A DNA stretch of 58,708 nt, filler included, from Nemertoderma westbladi (GCA_032718475.1; 3 parts of 3 records of this genome joined end to end with filler, not necessarily neighbours in it), one strand, 5' to 3'; shown: positions 1 through 12,437, counted from the whole stretch's first letter. Notes: generated by a model from the letters alone, not told the origin. Program-made: numbers and translations.

Positions 1-1100
1 GGTTTCCCGTCTCGTTTTTGAGTGATCTGCAAAGATCAGTTTTGGTCAAAAATCGGACACTCAGGAATTGCCCGTATGGCAAAATGAAGTATTACAAAAA
101 TGTTCAGCACCATCGACTTAGGGGGGGTAGCCAAAAGTTGGGCATAAAAAAGTTGAATTCTAGGGGGTCAAAAGGTCCCCCGAAGGTACCGCAAATGATC
201 AAAAGATCAGGTTACGCTAACTCTAATAACTCGAGAACGAAGCTGTAGACCCCCGATTTTTATTTCATAATTCGATAGAACAATCTTAGGAGTACCTCCC
301 ATAAGAAGGAAATTCCATCAAATGCATTAGAAGTGCCTGATCTGACCCCGATCGTAAAAGGTCATATTTTTCGGTTTTTTCTATATAACTCGAAAACGGA
401 GCTATTGACCCCCCAATTTTTTTTTATTAATCGATAGCTCTGAGCAAGGGGCAACTTTTGTGCATTTCGAAATTTTCAAAAAGCAATTTGATTAGGTCGA
501 TATATGGCCGATCGTACAAAGATCGTGTTTTTTTGAAAATCGGACACAGAAGGAGTGACCCTATTGAAAAGTGTAACACAGCAAAAATGTTCCTCGTCAT
601 CGACTTAGGGGGGGTACGTCAAAGAAAATTTCAAAAAAAGTTAATCCTTCAAGGTCAAAACTGGTCTACAATATGATCGAAAGATCAGACTTTAGTAAAA
701 TTATTTCTAAGCATTTTAGAATGAAACTTTCAAATTAAAAAACATTTACTGGAGTGTTTCAAGTAGATTAAAATGGATTCTGACTCAATAGGCCTACCGG
801 TACCGGAGATATGGTCCTCCAAAGTCAGCTTTCCGTAATTTGACGATAACTCGAGAACCGATCATAGAATTTTGTTTTTGAAAAAATGTGAATGTACAGT
901 TTGATGACCCGCTTCAGACGATGTATCATAATCCATATTGCAGATGACAGTTACCGATAAAATCAGACTTTACTGTAAATATTCGATGTAACCGTCGCTG
1001 TTGCGAAAACTATAACAGATATGAAAAAACTTTCAGTGCAAGAAATGTTCGCCTATGCAATGCCGTTCTAAAGCTGTATTCAGATTTGCAATACGTTCAG
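1..1100. repeat. Non-coding repeat, probably an arm of a non-autonomous DNA transposon cut by the window edge
   Basis: Recurring internal motifs: catcgacttagggggg (~111 and ~598), aaaatcggacac (~49 and ~536), ataactcga (~227, ~386, ~846). No credible ORF. Confidence 0.35.
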
Positions 1101-2443
1101 TAGTTTTGTCAATACATACAACTTTACCTATAATCTTGAAATATTCACTATCAACCTACCTCACGAGCTTAAATCCACTTCCTTGGCTCAATTTAAACGC
1201 AGATGTAAATGAATCGTAATCGACTCTTACAACTCCGAATAAATAAATAAATAATAAAATAACCTAAATATAAGACAAACAACTCGTGTCATAATCGTCA
1301 CTAATTTCTAAGTTTGAATCTTTTCCTTGTTCATATATTTCCAATGAAAGCAACATAAATGATGTATTTTCTCTAAAATATTTCTAGACAATCTAATCTT
1401 TTCTTGGGATCCTAACATGCGCACAAGCAATGTTTAGTAAGTGTGGATAACCAGGCGGGGTTGGAATTGCAGAAGGATAGAGTAGATTAATAAGTACGTG
1501 GGGGGTGGGGGAGTCCCCCACCCCCCACGTACCTATATGGCGCACTCCTCCCCCGGGGAGGAGGGCGCCATATTTGCATGGTACGGTTTCACTGGTAGGG
1601 TTAGTACTGTATATACAGTATTATTATGCAAATATACGAGCGTTCACGAGCTCACCACACCAATCAATCAAATAAAAACCTAACGAAAGTGATAATTTAT
1701 AACTAATTAAGTAATTACAAAGAAATTTTATTTCATTTTCAAATAGAATTACGCCAATTGTTAAACATTTAAAAACACCGGCACCTGCACCTCCATTTAC
1801 AATGTGACACCGGCACCGGCACTGGCACAATTTTGGCACGATCGAACCCTAATTAGTAGTATTGAAAGAGGTGGCTTTGCGTCGCCTCCAGCTTTGGCCA
1901 ACTGTTTGCTTATGCATTGGAAATATGCATGGAAAAACCGACATTCAGTCCCCTCTGGGCGCCTCTTCTTTCCTTAAAAATTAAAAAAAATTATTTGGAT
2001 ATGATTTGCCATTGAATCGCATCTTTTTTTTGGTTGAGCAATTTTATTTGAAGATAAATCAATTTTATGGACTGTTTTATAAATATATTTTCTGCTATAT
2101 ATACTTTAAGTTGCACATTGGGAGGTTCAAACCTTTCACACCATGGTGCAAAAGTGGATAAAAAGTTTCAAACCACAGTTTTAAGAAGATAAAAATCATT
2201 TTGTGATTAGACATTCAAAAGTTTAAATCCTCATCGGAGGAATTAATTACACCCAGGCCAGAAAAAGAAAATATCTCGGAATGAAGAATGTATGTTGTGA
2301 ATATATTTACTAGTAAGCGACTTGAAAGCATTTGCATTAGGCGTTATTTTTGATAAGCTCATTGCGTCAAGCGGATTGGCTTCTTAGTTATAAATTGGCA
2401 TCAAAATATAGAAGGCCCTGTTAGGATCCACTATAAATATAAC

Positions 2444-2587
2444 CTTGACAATGAACTGGGTCGTCAGGAATTGGTTCGTATCCAGGGTTACAGTCACATT
2501 GATAACTCAAAGGGTTATTTGTACAAGTTCCGCTTGTTGTATCAGATGCTACACAACCATGGTTTTCCATTTCGCACTCATTTGTGT
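2444..2587 (-). CDS. Exon encoding a calcium-binding EGF-like domain (PAN/TSP1/EGF gene)
   Basis: Acceptor ttttgcAG, donor GT; 144 bp, phase 1-1; translates TNECEMENHGCVASDTTSGTCTNNPLSYQCDCNPGYEPIPDDPVHCQ with six Cys in cbEGF spacing. Confidence 0.9.
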
Positions 2588-3516
2588 CTGCAAAATTTAA
2601 ATAATTATTTCTTCTGACATTACAGTTATAATATTGACACATAATTTAACAATGCATTCAATAGGGTCTGTAACGTCCAACTATATAGAGAAGCACACGG
2701 AGAGAAACACACCGGGAGAAGTGCGACGCTGATTGGCTAGAGCAGTTGTTGTAGCTACCGAAACTGGTATTTTTGGAAGAATTTAAAGGTTCGGCTGTTT
2801 GGTACCGGTATACTGGTATGTCTTCTTCTGTTGTAGCTACTGGTACTGGTATTTTGGCAAGAATTGAATGCAGGAATGGTTTGGTACCGGTAGACTGGGA
2901 TGTATATGGTGGCCCATTAAGGCCAAAGATAAATTTACGTTTGTTCTATGACAAATTTAATAAAACAATAACTAAATGCTGAAATATTTTATGTTAATTA
3001 AATATTTATAAAAAAATGTGGCCTCATTGGGCCATAACATGGCCCGGTGAGGCCAAAATAAAAATGTAATATTTTTATTATTAAAATGTTTCTTCCACGT
3101 GGCCCATGAGTGCCATTCCCGTAGACTCTGATGTTACCATGGCCCATGGGTGCCTTGACAGACTGACAGAATAAAAATAGATTCAAAGTAGGCAGGTATA
3201 TTCCGGTACTTGGTACTAATGTATACTGTTACTGCTTTTGATCGGTTACGGTAACTATGGTAGGTCTTTCATTATTGCATTAGGCCTACTGCTGTACTGT
3301 GTATTACTAATTCTTATTTCAGATTATTGGTTAGGCAGTTAGGCCTATAGTATGTAGTACTGGTATAGCAATAGCAGTCAGTACCGGTATCGAAGTACAG
3401 AAGTAAGGTTAACTGTATAACGGCAGGCTCTGCAACTACCGGTAGAACTGACTCGAGTACCAGTAGACCTAATACGGGTTGCAGCTTGCAGGGTTGCGGT
3501 GGGAAATAATCTGATA

Positions 3517-4709
3517 ATGTGGCAATTAGATGTGAGATTAGAGTCACGACTTCGAGAACTGGTGAGGCACAACTATAAACGCGTTGAAGTGCTTCATTAC
3601 ATGGAAAGAGACTTTCCCAACTATATGTGGAGCCTGCGGACGTTTAGCAAGGAGGATACAGCACTTCGGAATAACGTATATTAATTATAACATAGACATT
3701 ACTGAGGTTATTAACGCTGTAAGTGAACTGAAGGAAACATTTAAAGATACTACTTTGGGATATAGGGCCATCAATCAGAAATTGCGTATGGAGCGCGATA
3801 TTTGTATACCACGTAACATTGTCCAACAAATAGTAGGAGCTGTTGATCCCGATGGGGCTGATGCTCGAAAACCTTCCGCAAAGAAAAAGAAGAGGAAATT
3901 AAACTTTCACAGCAATGGCCCTCTTTACACGCTTAGTTTCGATGGGCATGATAAACTTTGTGGTTATCAGAATAGTACTTTTCCCCTAGGTATTTACGGA
4001 TGTTTAGATACATTTTCGAGGAAAACCCTATTGTGTAGAGTTATTTATTCCAACTCCAATCCCCATGTTGTTGGGAATTTATATTATAAAAGCTACGAGA
4101 AATTAAGCGCCTTCCGGTTTTTGTCCGTTTCGACAGAGGTACGGAAACGGGAAAAGCTGCCATGTTACATGCAGCTTTATCATCTGAGTTAGGTATTTTC
4201 GACGATCCAACTGATGGCGTAATTTACGGCCCATCCACAAATAATAAAATTGAAAGATGGTGGAGAGAATTAACGGAGCGATTGGAGCCTGTTTTCAAGG
4301 TGCAACTGAATGATCTATTACGCAGAAACCTCTACGACCCCTCCGATAAACTGGATCGCTTTACCTTAGCATACGTGTACATACCAGTAATTCAATCGGA
4401 GTTGGATATATTTGTGGGACATTGGAATGACCATCGAATACGGAGCCAGAAGATTGACCAACCAACTGGAATACCGCAACATATGTTTGACTTTCCCAGT
4501 TTGTACGGAGGAAGGACTACGGACTCCAGTTGGATGACAGAGACTTAGATGAAGCCGCTGCTGCTCTCAATATCGATGTGTTAGAATCGTGGTTGCCCGA
4601 CGATTTATTGAAAGAATTCGACGAACTCTCCCCTAACTTGATCACAATCGAAACTGCGCAAGTCTCTTACTATAGGCTGCGCCTCGCAGTGCAGCAGGGT
4701 CGGCTCTGA
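3517..4709 (+). pseudogene. Integrase-like DDE transposase with three single-base frameshifts (~3645, ~4090, ~4518)
   Basis: Joined frames give an N-terminal HTH-like region (LRELVRHNYKRVEVLHYM..WSLRTLARRIQHFGI), LGYRAINQKLR, SFDGHDKL..GIYGCLDTFSRK, VRFDRGTET, GPSTNNKIERWWREL and WNDHRIRSQK; stop TGA at 4707-4709. Frameshifts may be sequencing errors. Confidence 0.85.
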
Positions 4710-5500
4710 ATTATTACTTATGCCCCTAAACTGATTCTATTGCGCTACCTATTATAATGAACACAGTATAATTAATGTTCTTATAAGGTACAATTAAGGC
4801 ACATTTTATGTGATGTCATTCTGTCATTGTATATTTCATCAAAATAACAATTGTGTAGTGATGTTGCATGCAAGTATAATTTTATGACAATCTGTGGGTC
4901 GATCTGCCAACACAAGGGGGGGGGGGGGGGGTGGGGGGGAGGGAGGGATGGTTGATCTGATGGCTGAATGCAGATTAATTACTCTCTAATAAATACCCCT
5001 TTTTCTAAAGGAGTATATACAAGTTTCCTCTGGGGTATACAGTTCTGGGCAGCTGGGAGGAGGGGGGCACTCGAAGTAAGTGAGGAAATAATTATTTATT
5101 ACATGGGGAAATAAATACTTTTCCACTTTGATGTTCTTTCAATAAATGTAATACAATTTAAGTAATTCCACCAAAAATATTTTATTGTACTTTTTTCACA
5201 GGGCAAAAATGTAAAATAAATGCAACCTATTGATTACTTCTTCCCCAAGGGAAAAAAGTGCAAAGATAAATTCTTTAATATAGAAATCAGAATCAACAAG
5301 CCTTTCTTCAAGTAGTATGTTATTGCACGACAGATATTAACATATTGAAAATTTCAATTAAAAATAGCACAGAATTTACAAAGGTTGGGATTATAAAACA
5401 CAATAACTTCTTACAATAACAGTATTGAATAGCGTTAATCCATACTTCAATACACAGTCCTGCAGTCGAATAGCGATAATCAATAGTTCAATAAACAGTA

Positions 5501-6835
5501 CTAGATCCAGCATCCATTGGTATCCATCTGTAATGAAACAGCTCTACAGTATTTATTGCAAGTATGCACCTCCTGGAACTTAGATATCGCCTCAATTGAT
5601 AGATTGCCAGAACAGAACCATGTTTCGCGATCCTTGGCCAGAAGATCCACCGAAGCCACTTCTGGATCTGAAAGCTTACCTCCGCATCCTTGAATATCCA
5701 ACACCATAAACTTTCTTCCTAGTTTAATAAAACTGAAGTGCGCCAACGCTTCCACCTTTGCAACGATATCCTGATCTTTCTCTTCAATATCTATGATACT
5801 TCCGTCATTATTTATATATTTGCAGAAATTTCCGGTAACAAATTCCTCCACTGTAATGGGATACTCGTCACCCTCTATAGTGCCATAGTATAATTTAATA
5901 TACTGCAAATCTTCACTACTTTCCAGAAGCTCATTATTATCGACAGCAGACTCACTGAGCTTTTTGTTAAACTGCACAGCCAAGTGCCCAGCAAGGGCAT
6001 GCATTTGCGCCTGTTTTCTCGTGTGTTGCTCGATAGTTAACCCAAGCGTGGATAATACTTCTCGCGTATTAGGCTTATACTTTTTAACTACCCACTTTTT
6101 AGAAGTTGTGCATTCCATGGCTAAATATGCATTTCTCGATCCTCCTTCGGCAAACGCTTCATCGGGCAGAGACACCTTTAATTCCGCACTCAAAATGTGC
6201 CACATGCTATCACCAATATTAAATTCTTCCAACTTAATTGTCTTTAGAGGCTCCGGTTTAACAAAGAGGCCAGCCTTTAGTAGCTGTGCTACAGAGATCG
6301 ATTTGGACGGATATGATGAGCTCAGATTTTTGGACTGGGGCAATCTGTGCATAGCTGAATCCGTTGACGCTGCCGCATTCCATTCAATGGCATTTTTACT
6401 TGTAACTGCGCTGGTAGAAACGTTTGGTGATTGTTGGAGTAGGCCAGCCGCGTTTATTCCAGAATCTCGACGTGGCACTTGGCCAAATTTCACAAGATAT
6501 TCCTTCCCCGACTGTATCCGTAGCTGCTCCATCTCTGTACACACGGGACCACGATCCGATGCAAGGACAAAACATGGAGTTTCTTGGAAAAATACCTCAC
6601 ATGCCTCAACTATGTTATCGATAGTAAGTTCACTCCAGCTCTTGAAAGGGACAAACTCACGCATTCCCATTCTCTCATATTTGTTAAAACGATTAGGTTC
6701 ATTCGACATTCTCTGAACATTAAGCCAGGTTGGACAATCAATGCTCGCTTTTTTACGTCGTTTATCTGACAGCTTCGCCTCAAAATCTTTAATGTTTTCG
6801 AAGCGTTTACGATTTGGATTTCCACTTCCAGCCAT
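5501..6835 (-). CDS. Alpha-kinase (eEF2K/TRPM/ALPK-type atypical protein kinase), 444 aa, intronless transposon cargo
   Basis: P-loop FAEGGSRNAY, catalytic Lys in WVVKKY, VEEFVTGNFCKYINNDG, Zn-ligand His in ALAHFSF, catalytic VLDIQG, LSDPEV, GNLS..AISKF and C-terminal HTCNKYC Zn motif. First ATG at 6835. Confidence 0.93.
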   Translation of the reverse strand: MAGSGNPNRKRFENIKDFEAKLSDKRRKKASIDCPTWLNVQRMSNEPNRFNKYERMGMREFVPFKSWSELTIDNIVEACEVFFQETPCFVLASDRGPVCTEMEQLRIQSGKEYLVKFGQVPRRDSGINAAGLLQQSPNVSTSAVTSKNAIEWNAAASTDSAMHRLPQSKNLSSSYPSKSISVAQLLKAGLFVKPEPLKTIKLEEFNIGDSMWHILSAELKVSLPDEAFAEGGSRNAYLAMECTTSKKWVVKKYKPNTREVLSTLGLTIEQHTRKQAQMHALAGHLAVQFNKKLSESAVDNNELLESSEDLQYIKLYYGTIEGDEYPITVEEFVTGNFCKYINNDGSIIDIEEKDQDIVAKVEALAHFSFIKLGRKFMVLDIQGCGGKLSDPEVASVDLLAKDRETWFCSGNLSIEAISKFQEVHTCNKYCRAVSLQMDTNGCWI

Positions 6836-8649
6836 AGCAGCCAACTACCGGTATCTGGATGTATGGTTATTATAACTTCAATACTGGTACTGCAATAAGC
6901 AGAATACAGGAATATAAAAGTGATGAAATAGAGAAATAGCTGAATAACCTACCACTGTACCTCAGTATGCAGTACTAGAACCGGTCAGGTCAAATAAGTA
7001 CTGAAGTAGGCCTATGCCTATATTCAATTATATATAGGCCTAAGTAGCGTAGGTAGTGAATACGTGTATCGGTACATATTGTTACTCTCAGTCTGTTGTG
7101 GCACCCATGGGCCATGGTAACATTTACGTCTATGGGAATGGCACTCATGGGCCACGTGGAAGAAAAAATTTTATTAACAAAAAATATTTTATTTTAATTT
7201 TGGCCGCACTGGGCCATGTTTTGGCCCAGTAAGGCCATATTTTTTTATTGTTTATGTATTATATTAAAATTTATTAGAGAACAAATCCTAAATTTCGCTT
7301 TGGCCTTAATGGGCCACCATAGATGTCTTCCGTCAGTCTGCTGGCGGCACCACTGTCACCTATCTGCCCATTATATCTGTAGGCAGTACAGCAATGGGCC
7401 TATATCATCGCAAGACGTTAAATAGAGAACATGACAATTGTTGCTTAATGCTTACAGTTCTGGTACTACATTTGTTAAATTTATGGACTTAGGTCTACTT
7501 CTTGACTCGGCTCTAACTACAATAGCCTACTGCAATAGATACCTTACTTGATAACTATAGTGACCAACTTAAAAAAAACTTAAATCTGTCATCTTTTTCC
7601 GCTTCGCGCAGCACGAAACATATTCATTGATTTTTTTTTCTGCATTTTACAGTTTTACATATTTTCAAACGTCTAAAAATGCAAAAGTATTTTACTAAAT
7701 TTTCGTCCAACATGAAAGGTATATAGACACCCTGACCTGTAGTTTTAATCATTAATGGTTAAATATCGTTTATTGTTTTGGTTTGAAAATGTAACCTGTT
7801 CCTTTCCCTCTATTGGTAACATTATTGTTTATTGTTTTGGTTAGAAAAGGCTACCTATCTGTAACCTGCTCCTTTCCCTCAATTGGTAACAATATTATTA
7901 ATATTATATAAGAAAAAATACTGCCACCGATGCTGAATCTTTTAATTATTTTCTCGAATTACACACTCTATTACACAGTCAAATAAGGATGTAATAGTAA
8001 TAGGCCCAAATTCCATTCTGAATCGCGATATAAGCGTGTACTAATCGTGTCAAAAAGCGTGTCACACTTCTCCCTAGGTGTGCTTCTTACCGAGTGCTTC
8101 TCTATATGGTTGGACGTTACAGACCCTTCTCCAATCTCCATGCATTGCTTATTTACAATGTGCTGCAGTATGTATACTATGGGCATAATGCCTACATAAT
8201 TCTGCTCAATACATCAACCTAATAATTGGTGACATTGAGTTGTAGGATTATAGAGATTATAAATAGTTTTTGAGAGTGTCGTAAATTTTGATCCCTCTTT
8301 GGCGTAAATTTTTGAAAAAAATGATCCTGGTCCTAAACTTGTTCCTTCACTTGTTCTCTTTATAATGCTTCATGTTACAAGTAAGTATGGTGTTTAAATA
8401 ACACAATTGTTCCAGAACTTGGCGTATGAATAAAAAAATAATTTATTAAACGTTTTTATAATCATAATGTTGTGCCATTTAAAGTATCATTAACATCAAC
8501 TACAGTTTTAACCAAAAGACAGGCGTCTAGTCAACCACACATCACTTGGAATGCCATTCGGTTACTAGCGTTTTAGGTTGATGCTATTTGAGAAACAGAC
8601 ACTCCCAGAGATCACAGTACTATATATTGTTTCACGATCATCGGATATA

Positions 8650-8892
8650 TAATAATTATTATGAATGGGAGAATCTTTTAGGCTCGTTAACTCAAGGAAT
8701 GCATGTCACCCTTCCACTCTGTTTCCCAAGTTGCCTTGGTTCCCATTTATCCAACCCTTGATTATGAAAGCCCGGGTTGGGCTAGGCTGCAGCATTTAAT
8801 GCACTGTGCACAAATAGTGCTGCCCCATCTAGGGATCGAACCATGGCTTCCTAATTGGAAGCCCAGGAATGTCACCACTAGACTAAGATGTT
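8650..8892 (-). mobile_element. tRNA-derived SINE
   Basis: Minus strand begins with A box TAGTCTAGTGG and B box GGTTCGATCCC at tRNA-like spacing, followed by an unrelated body and an AT-rich tail. Confidence 0.65.
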
Positions 8893-9168
8893 GCTTGGTC
8901 TAAGATATAATATTATATGTGATATAATAATTGATTATATTAGTAAAAAAATTCATTCGAGTAAAAATTATGTTACATGATCCTTTATGATGTATAATGT
9001 ATATTCTTATTACAGGGTAATAATACACTAACACGCCTACACACTTGAACTTGATGTAAGACCTATGAGACAATGGGACTTACCTTATTTCAGTAGACTT
9101 AGCATGTTTGTTACAAGTTACTGGCTTTAAATGGTTGTAGTTCAGCTTTAACGTCAGAGAATACTTAC

Positions 9169-9224
9169 TATGGTTCTGGTAACAGAGTGGATTTGACTTC
9201 AGCTTGCTATATGGCAGCAAAGTA
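9169..9224 (-). CDS. Short linker exon of the PAN/TSP1/EGF gene
   Basis: tttttccAG acceptor, GTAAGT donor; 56 bp, phase 2-1; TLLPYSKLKSNPLCYQNH; phase-compatible with both neighbouring exons. Confidence 0.7.
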
Positions 9225-9302
9225 CTGGAAAAACACTGTGAGCTATATTTCACTCTGTGAAATGAAATTTACTTAACATTAAATGTCAACAAACCATAAT
9301 AC

Positions 9303-9462
9303 AAGCTTTTATCCAAAGGGCATGTAGGCAAATGTTCTCTTCCTTCGCAGCCACCGCCCCATCTTTCCCTAAAGCAACGCTTCCATCTTGTCGGTCCAAG
9401 GACTGAAGGCTCTTTGGGACACACACTATTATCCAAAGTCCACTCACTCCAAACACCAGCAT
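9303..9462 (-). CDS. Exon encoding a thrombospondin type-1-like domain
   Basis: gttttAG acceptor, GT donor; 160 bp, phase 1-2; AGVWSEWTLDNSVCPKEPSVLGPTRWKRCFRERWGGGCEGREHLPTCPLDKS (WSEW, RxxRC, GGGCEG). Absent from the ORF track. Confidence 0.75.
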
Positions 9463-10346
9463 CTAAAACAACATATTATGTTGAGAATTTTCATAAGTGT
9501 TTTTCTTTTGCAACAGCAATACATCACAGGTTGTGTGTTGTATAAGGATATATATAAAATTAGTAACCCATATTAACTAAAACCCACAGTTCCTTAAAAC
9601 CTAGCCAAGCTAGCATTTTTGGCTAATCACTTTTCAAACTTTTCTCCTGGTAATTATCGGGGATCCCTGTCCATATTTTTCTTTAGTGTATTTTAGTATA
9701 ACTAGAACTCGTACGTTTGCCTGTTTACAATCGACCTTCAATTCTGTATAAATTTATTTCTTCTGTCGCTATCGGGATGTTTGTTTATACTTTATTTCAG
9801 ATGTACTTTCGTTTTGTTATATTTTGATGTCAAAAAATAAGTCAAATTCCGCTCTACTTGCATATGAATAGCTTTATTGTTGGACCGATAGAGAAACAGA
9901 CTATATTCCACTAAACATAAAACTGACGTCGGAAATGAAATCACCGACCACGGAAACCCCACTAATGACAATTTTCTTTAAAATAACATTTTTTTAAATT
10001 GTGTGTGTGGTACTGTACATTTTACAGTGCTATATATGTATAATAATAGTGTTTTATATATTAAGTAATATAATTTACTGGGGGTAAAGTAAGTCAATTT
10101 AATCTACCTACTTTCTTAAAATTACATAAGACAATTTTATTAATAATAAAAATTATAATATTATTAAATTATTACGTTTTTTTTCCTCCAAGGCACACAT
10201 CTCCCTTTCCCTCTCTTCTTTGCCTACTGCTTCTTTGCCTTCTTCCTCACATCCACACTAAAAATGAAAGGATCTCAATAAAATCTGTAATATAATATTA
10301 TGTTTTTTAGTGATATATATACGTATGCCTATCATTCTGTATTTCA

Positions 10347-11706
10347 ATATTTTAATGTTAAATTATTTATTATTCAATGATATTTTAATGTTAAATTATA
10401 TATTATTTAATGATATTTTTATGTTAAATTATTTATTATTTAATGATATTTTAATTTTAAATAATTTATTATTAAATGATATTTTAATGTTAAATAATTT
10501 ATTATTTAATGATATTTTAATGTTAAATAATTTATTATTTAATGATATTTTAATGTTAACTTATTTATTATTTAATGATATTTTAATGTTAAATTATTTA
10601 TTATTTAATGATATTTTAATGTTAAATTATTTATTATTTAATGATATTTTAATGTTAAATTATTTATTATTTAATGATATTTTAATGTTAAATTATTTAT
10701 TATTTGATGATATTTTAATGTTAAATAATTATTATTTAATGATATTTTAATGTTAAATTATTTATTATTTAATGATATTTTAATGTTAAATTATTTATTA
10801 TTTAATGATATTTTAATGTTAAATAATTATTATTTAATGATATTTTAATGTTAAATTATTTATTATTTAATGATATTTTAATGTTAAATTATTTATTATT
10901 TAATGATATTTTAATGTTAAATTATTTATTATTTAATGATATTTTAATGTTAAATTATTTATTATTTAATGATATTTTAATGTTAACTTATTTATTATTT
11001 AATGATATTTTAATGTTAAATTATTTATTATTTAATGATATTTTAATGTTAAATTATTTATTATTTATGATATTTTAATGTTAAATTATTTATTATTTAA
11101 TGATATTTTAATGTTAAATTATTTATTATTTAATGATATTTTAATGTTAAATAATTATTATTTAATGATATTTTAATGTTAAATAATTATTATTTGATGA
11201 TATTTTAATGTTAAATTATTTATTATTTAATGATATTTTAATGTTAAATTATTTATTATTTAATGATATTTTAATGTTAAATTATTTATTATTTAATTAT
11301 ATTTTAATGTTAAATTATTTATTATTTAATGATATTTTAATGTTAAATTATTTATTATTTAATGATATTTTAATGTTAAATTATTTATTATTTATGATAT
11401 TTTAATGTTAAATTATTTATTATTTAATGATATTTTAATGTTAAATTATTTATTATTTAATGATATTTTAATGTTAAATAATTATTATTTAATGATATTT
11501 TAATGTTAAATAATTATTATTTAATGATATTTTAATGTTAAATTATTTATTATTTAATGATATTTTAATGTTAAATTATTTATTATTTAATGATATTTTA
11601 ATGTTAAATTATTTATTATTTAATGATATTTTAATGTTAAATTATTTATTATTTAATGATATTTTAATGTTAAATTATTTATTATTTAATGATATTTTAA
11701 TGTTTT
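10347..11706. repeat. 33-bp AT-rich tandem repeat (~40 copies)
   Basis: Unit tattttaatgttaaattatttattatttaatga with occasional shorter variants. Confidence 0.97.
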
Positions 11707-12437
11707 ATTACTGTAAAGAGAAGTGTCTTGAGGCACTTTGCCCTTTATATTATTATTTAAAAAAAAAAAGTTTTTTTGATATACCAGTACAGTAGCAATA
11801 TTTTATATTAATATTACAAATGAACATGGAAGAAGAAAGTAAGGAAATTATGACGATAAAATATTAGAGTTATTAGAGAGATTAATTAATTTAAAGTAAA
11901 TTAGCAGTCAAATAATTATTAGGACCGTATAAAATAATGTAAAGTAATTCAACTACTGTAATACTGTATACCGCACAGATAGGGGGGAAAACGTAATGAA
12001 GTAAATGAAGCAATAATGATGGATCCAATAACGAGTTTAAAGTAAAGTAAACAGGTAGAATGTGGGAACGTGCTATATTATTATTAATGTTTATAAAATT
12101 TAGCATATTATATTTTTAAAAATAAAATTTCAAATTGGCACTTATCAGCCACACTAACGTTGAAAGAAATAATTATCACTGTGGAATAGTTTGTGAATTT
12201 GATTTTTAAGTTATTTGTTTATAATTTTAGTTTATCATTTACTTAGAGGAATTACAGTAGTTGGCGCATACAAATATAACTTTTATATTCTCATACATTC
12301 AACGGTTGCAGATAATGTAGGTGGTATATTACTGCGGATATCTACGAATGGGATGTTGCCCCATTACCTGCTATAACGAAAGCTAATCAATCAGATAAAA
12401 TATAAATATCAAATTATTTATGAATGTAGTACATAGA

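Larger units (their letters stand above)
2905..7321. mobile_element. IS3EU-like DNA transposon with two convergent genes (transposase + alpha-kinase)
   Basis: Ends TATGGTGGCCCATTAAGGCCAAA / TTTGGCCTTAATGGGCCACCATA; imperfect TIRs of ~250 bp (2905-~3165 vs ~7085-7321); flanks GATGTA (2899-2904) and GATGTC (7322-7327) match 5/6 as a 6-bp TSD. TAY..RTA ends with a 6-bp TSD match my recollection of the IS3EU superfamily. Confidence 0.85.
2663..8127. mobile_element. Older non-autonomous TIR element interrupted by the alpha-kinase transposon
   Basis: AGGGTCTGTAACGTCCAAC(T/C)ATATAGAGAAGCAC at 2663 is mirrored at ~8060-8127 (~65-bp imperfect TIR). No clear TSD. Confidence 0.7.

Noticed and set aside
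4916-4950. Poly-G tract as a G-quadruplex element (similar tracts at ~27485 and ~44796)
   Set aside because: Simple homopolymer occurring in unrelated contexts; no evidence of function.
5964-6716. 250-aa plus-strand ORF
   Set aside because: Antisense shadow of the alpha-kinase with no motifs.
8824-8892. tRNA gene
   Set aside because: A and B boxes are present but cloverleaf pairing is poor and it continues into a body and tail; treated as a SINE head.
10310-11795. ORFs of repeated MLNYLLFNDIL
   Set aside because: By-product of a 33-bp AT-rich tandem repeat; frames shift at variant units.
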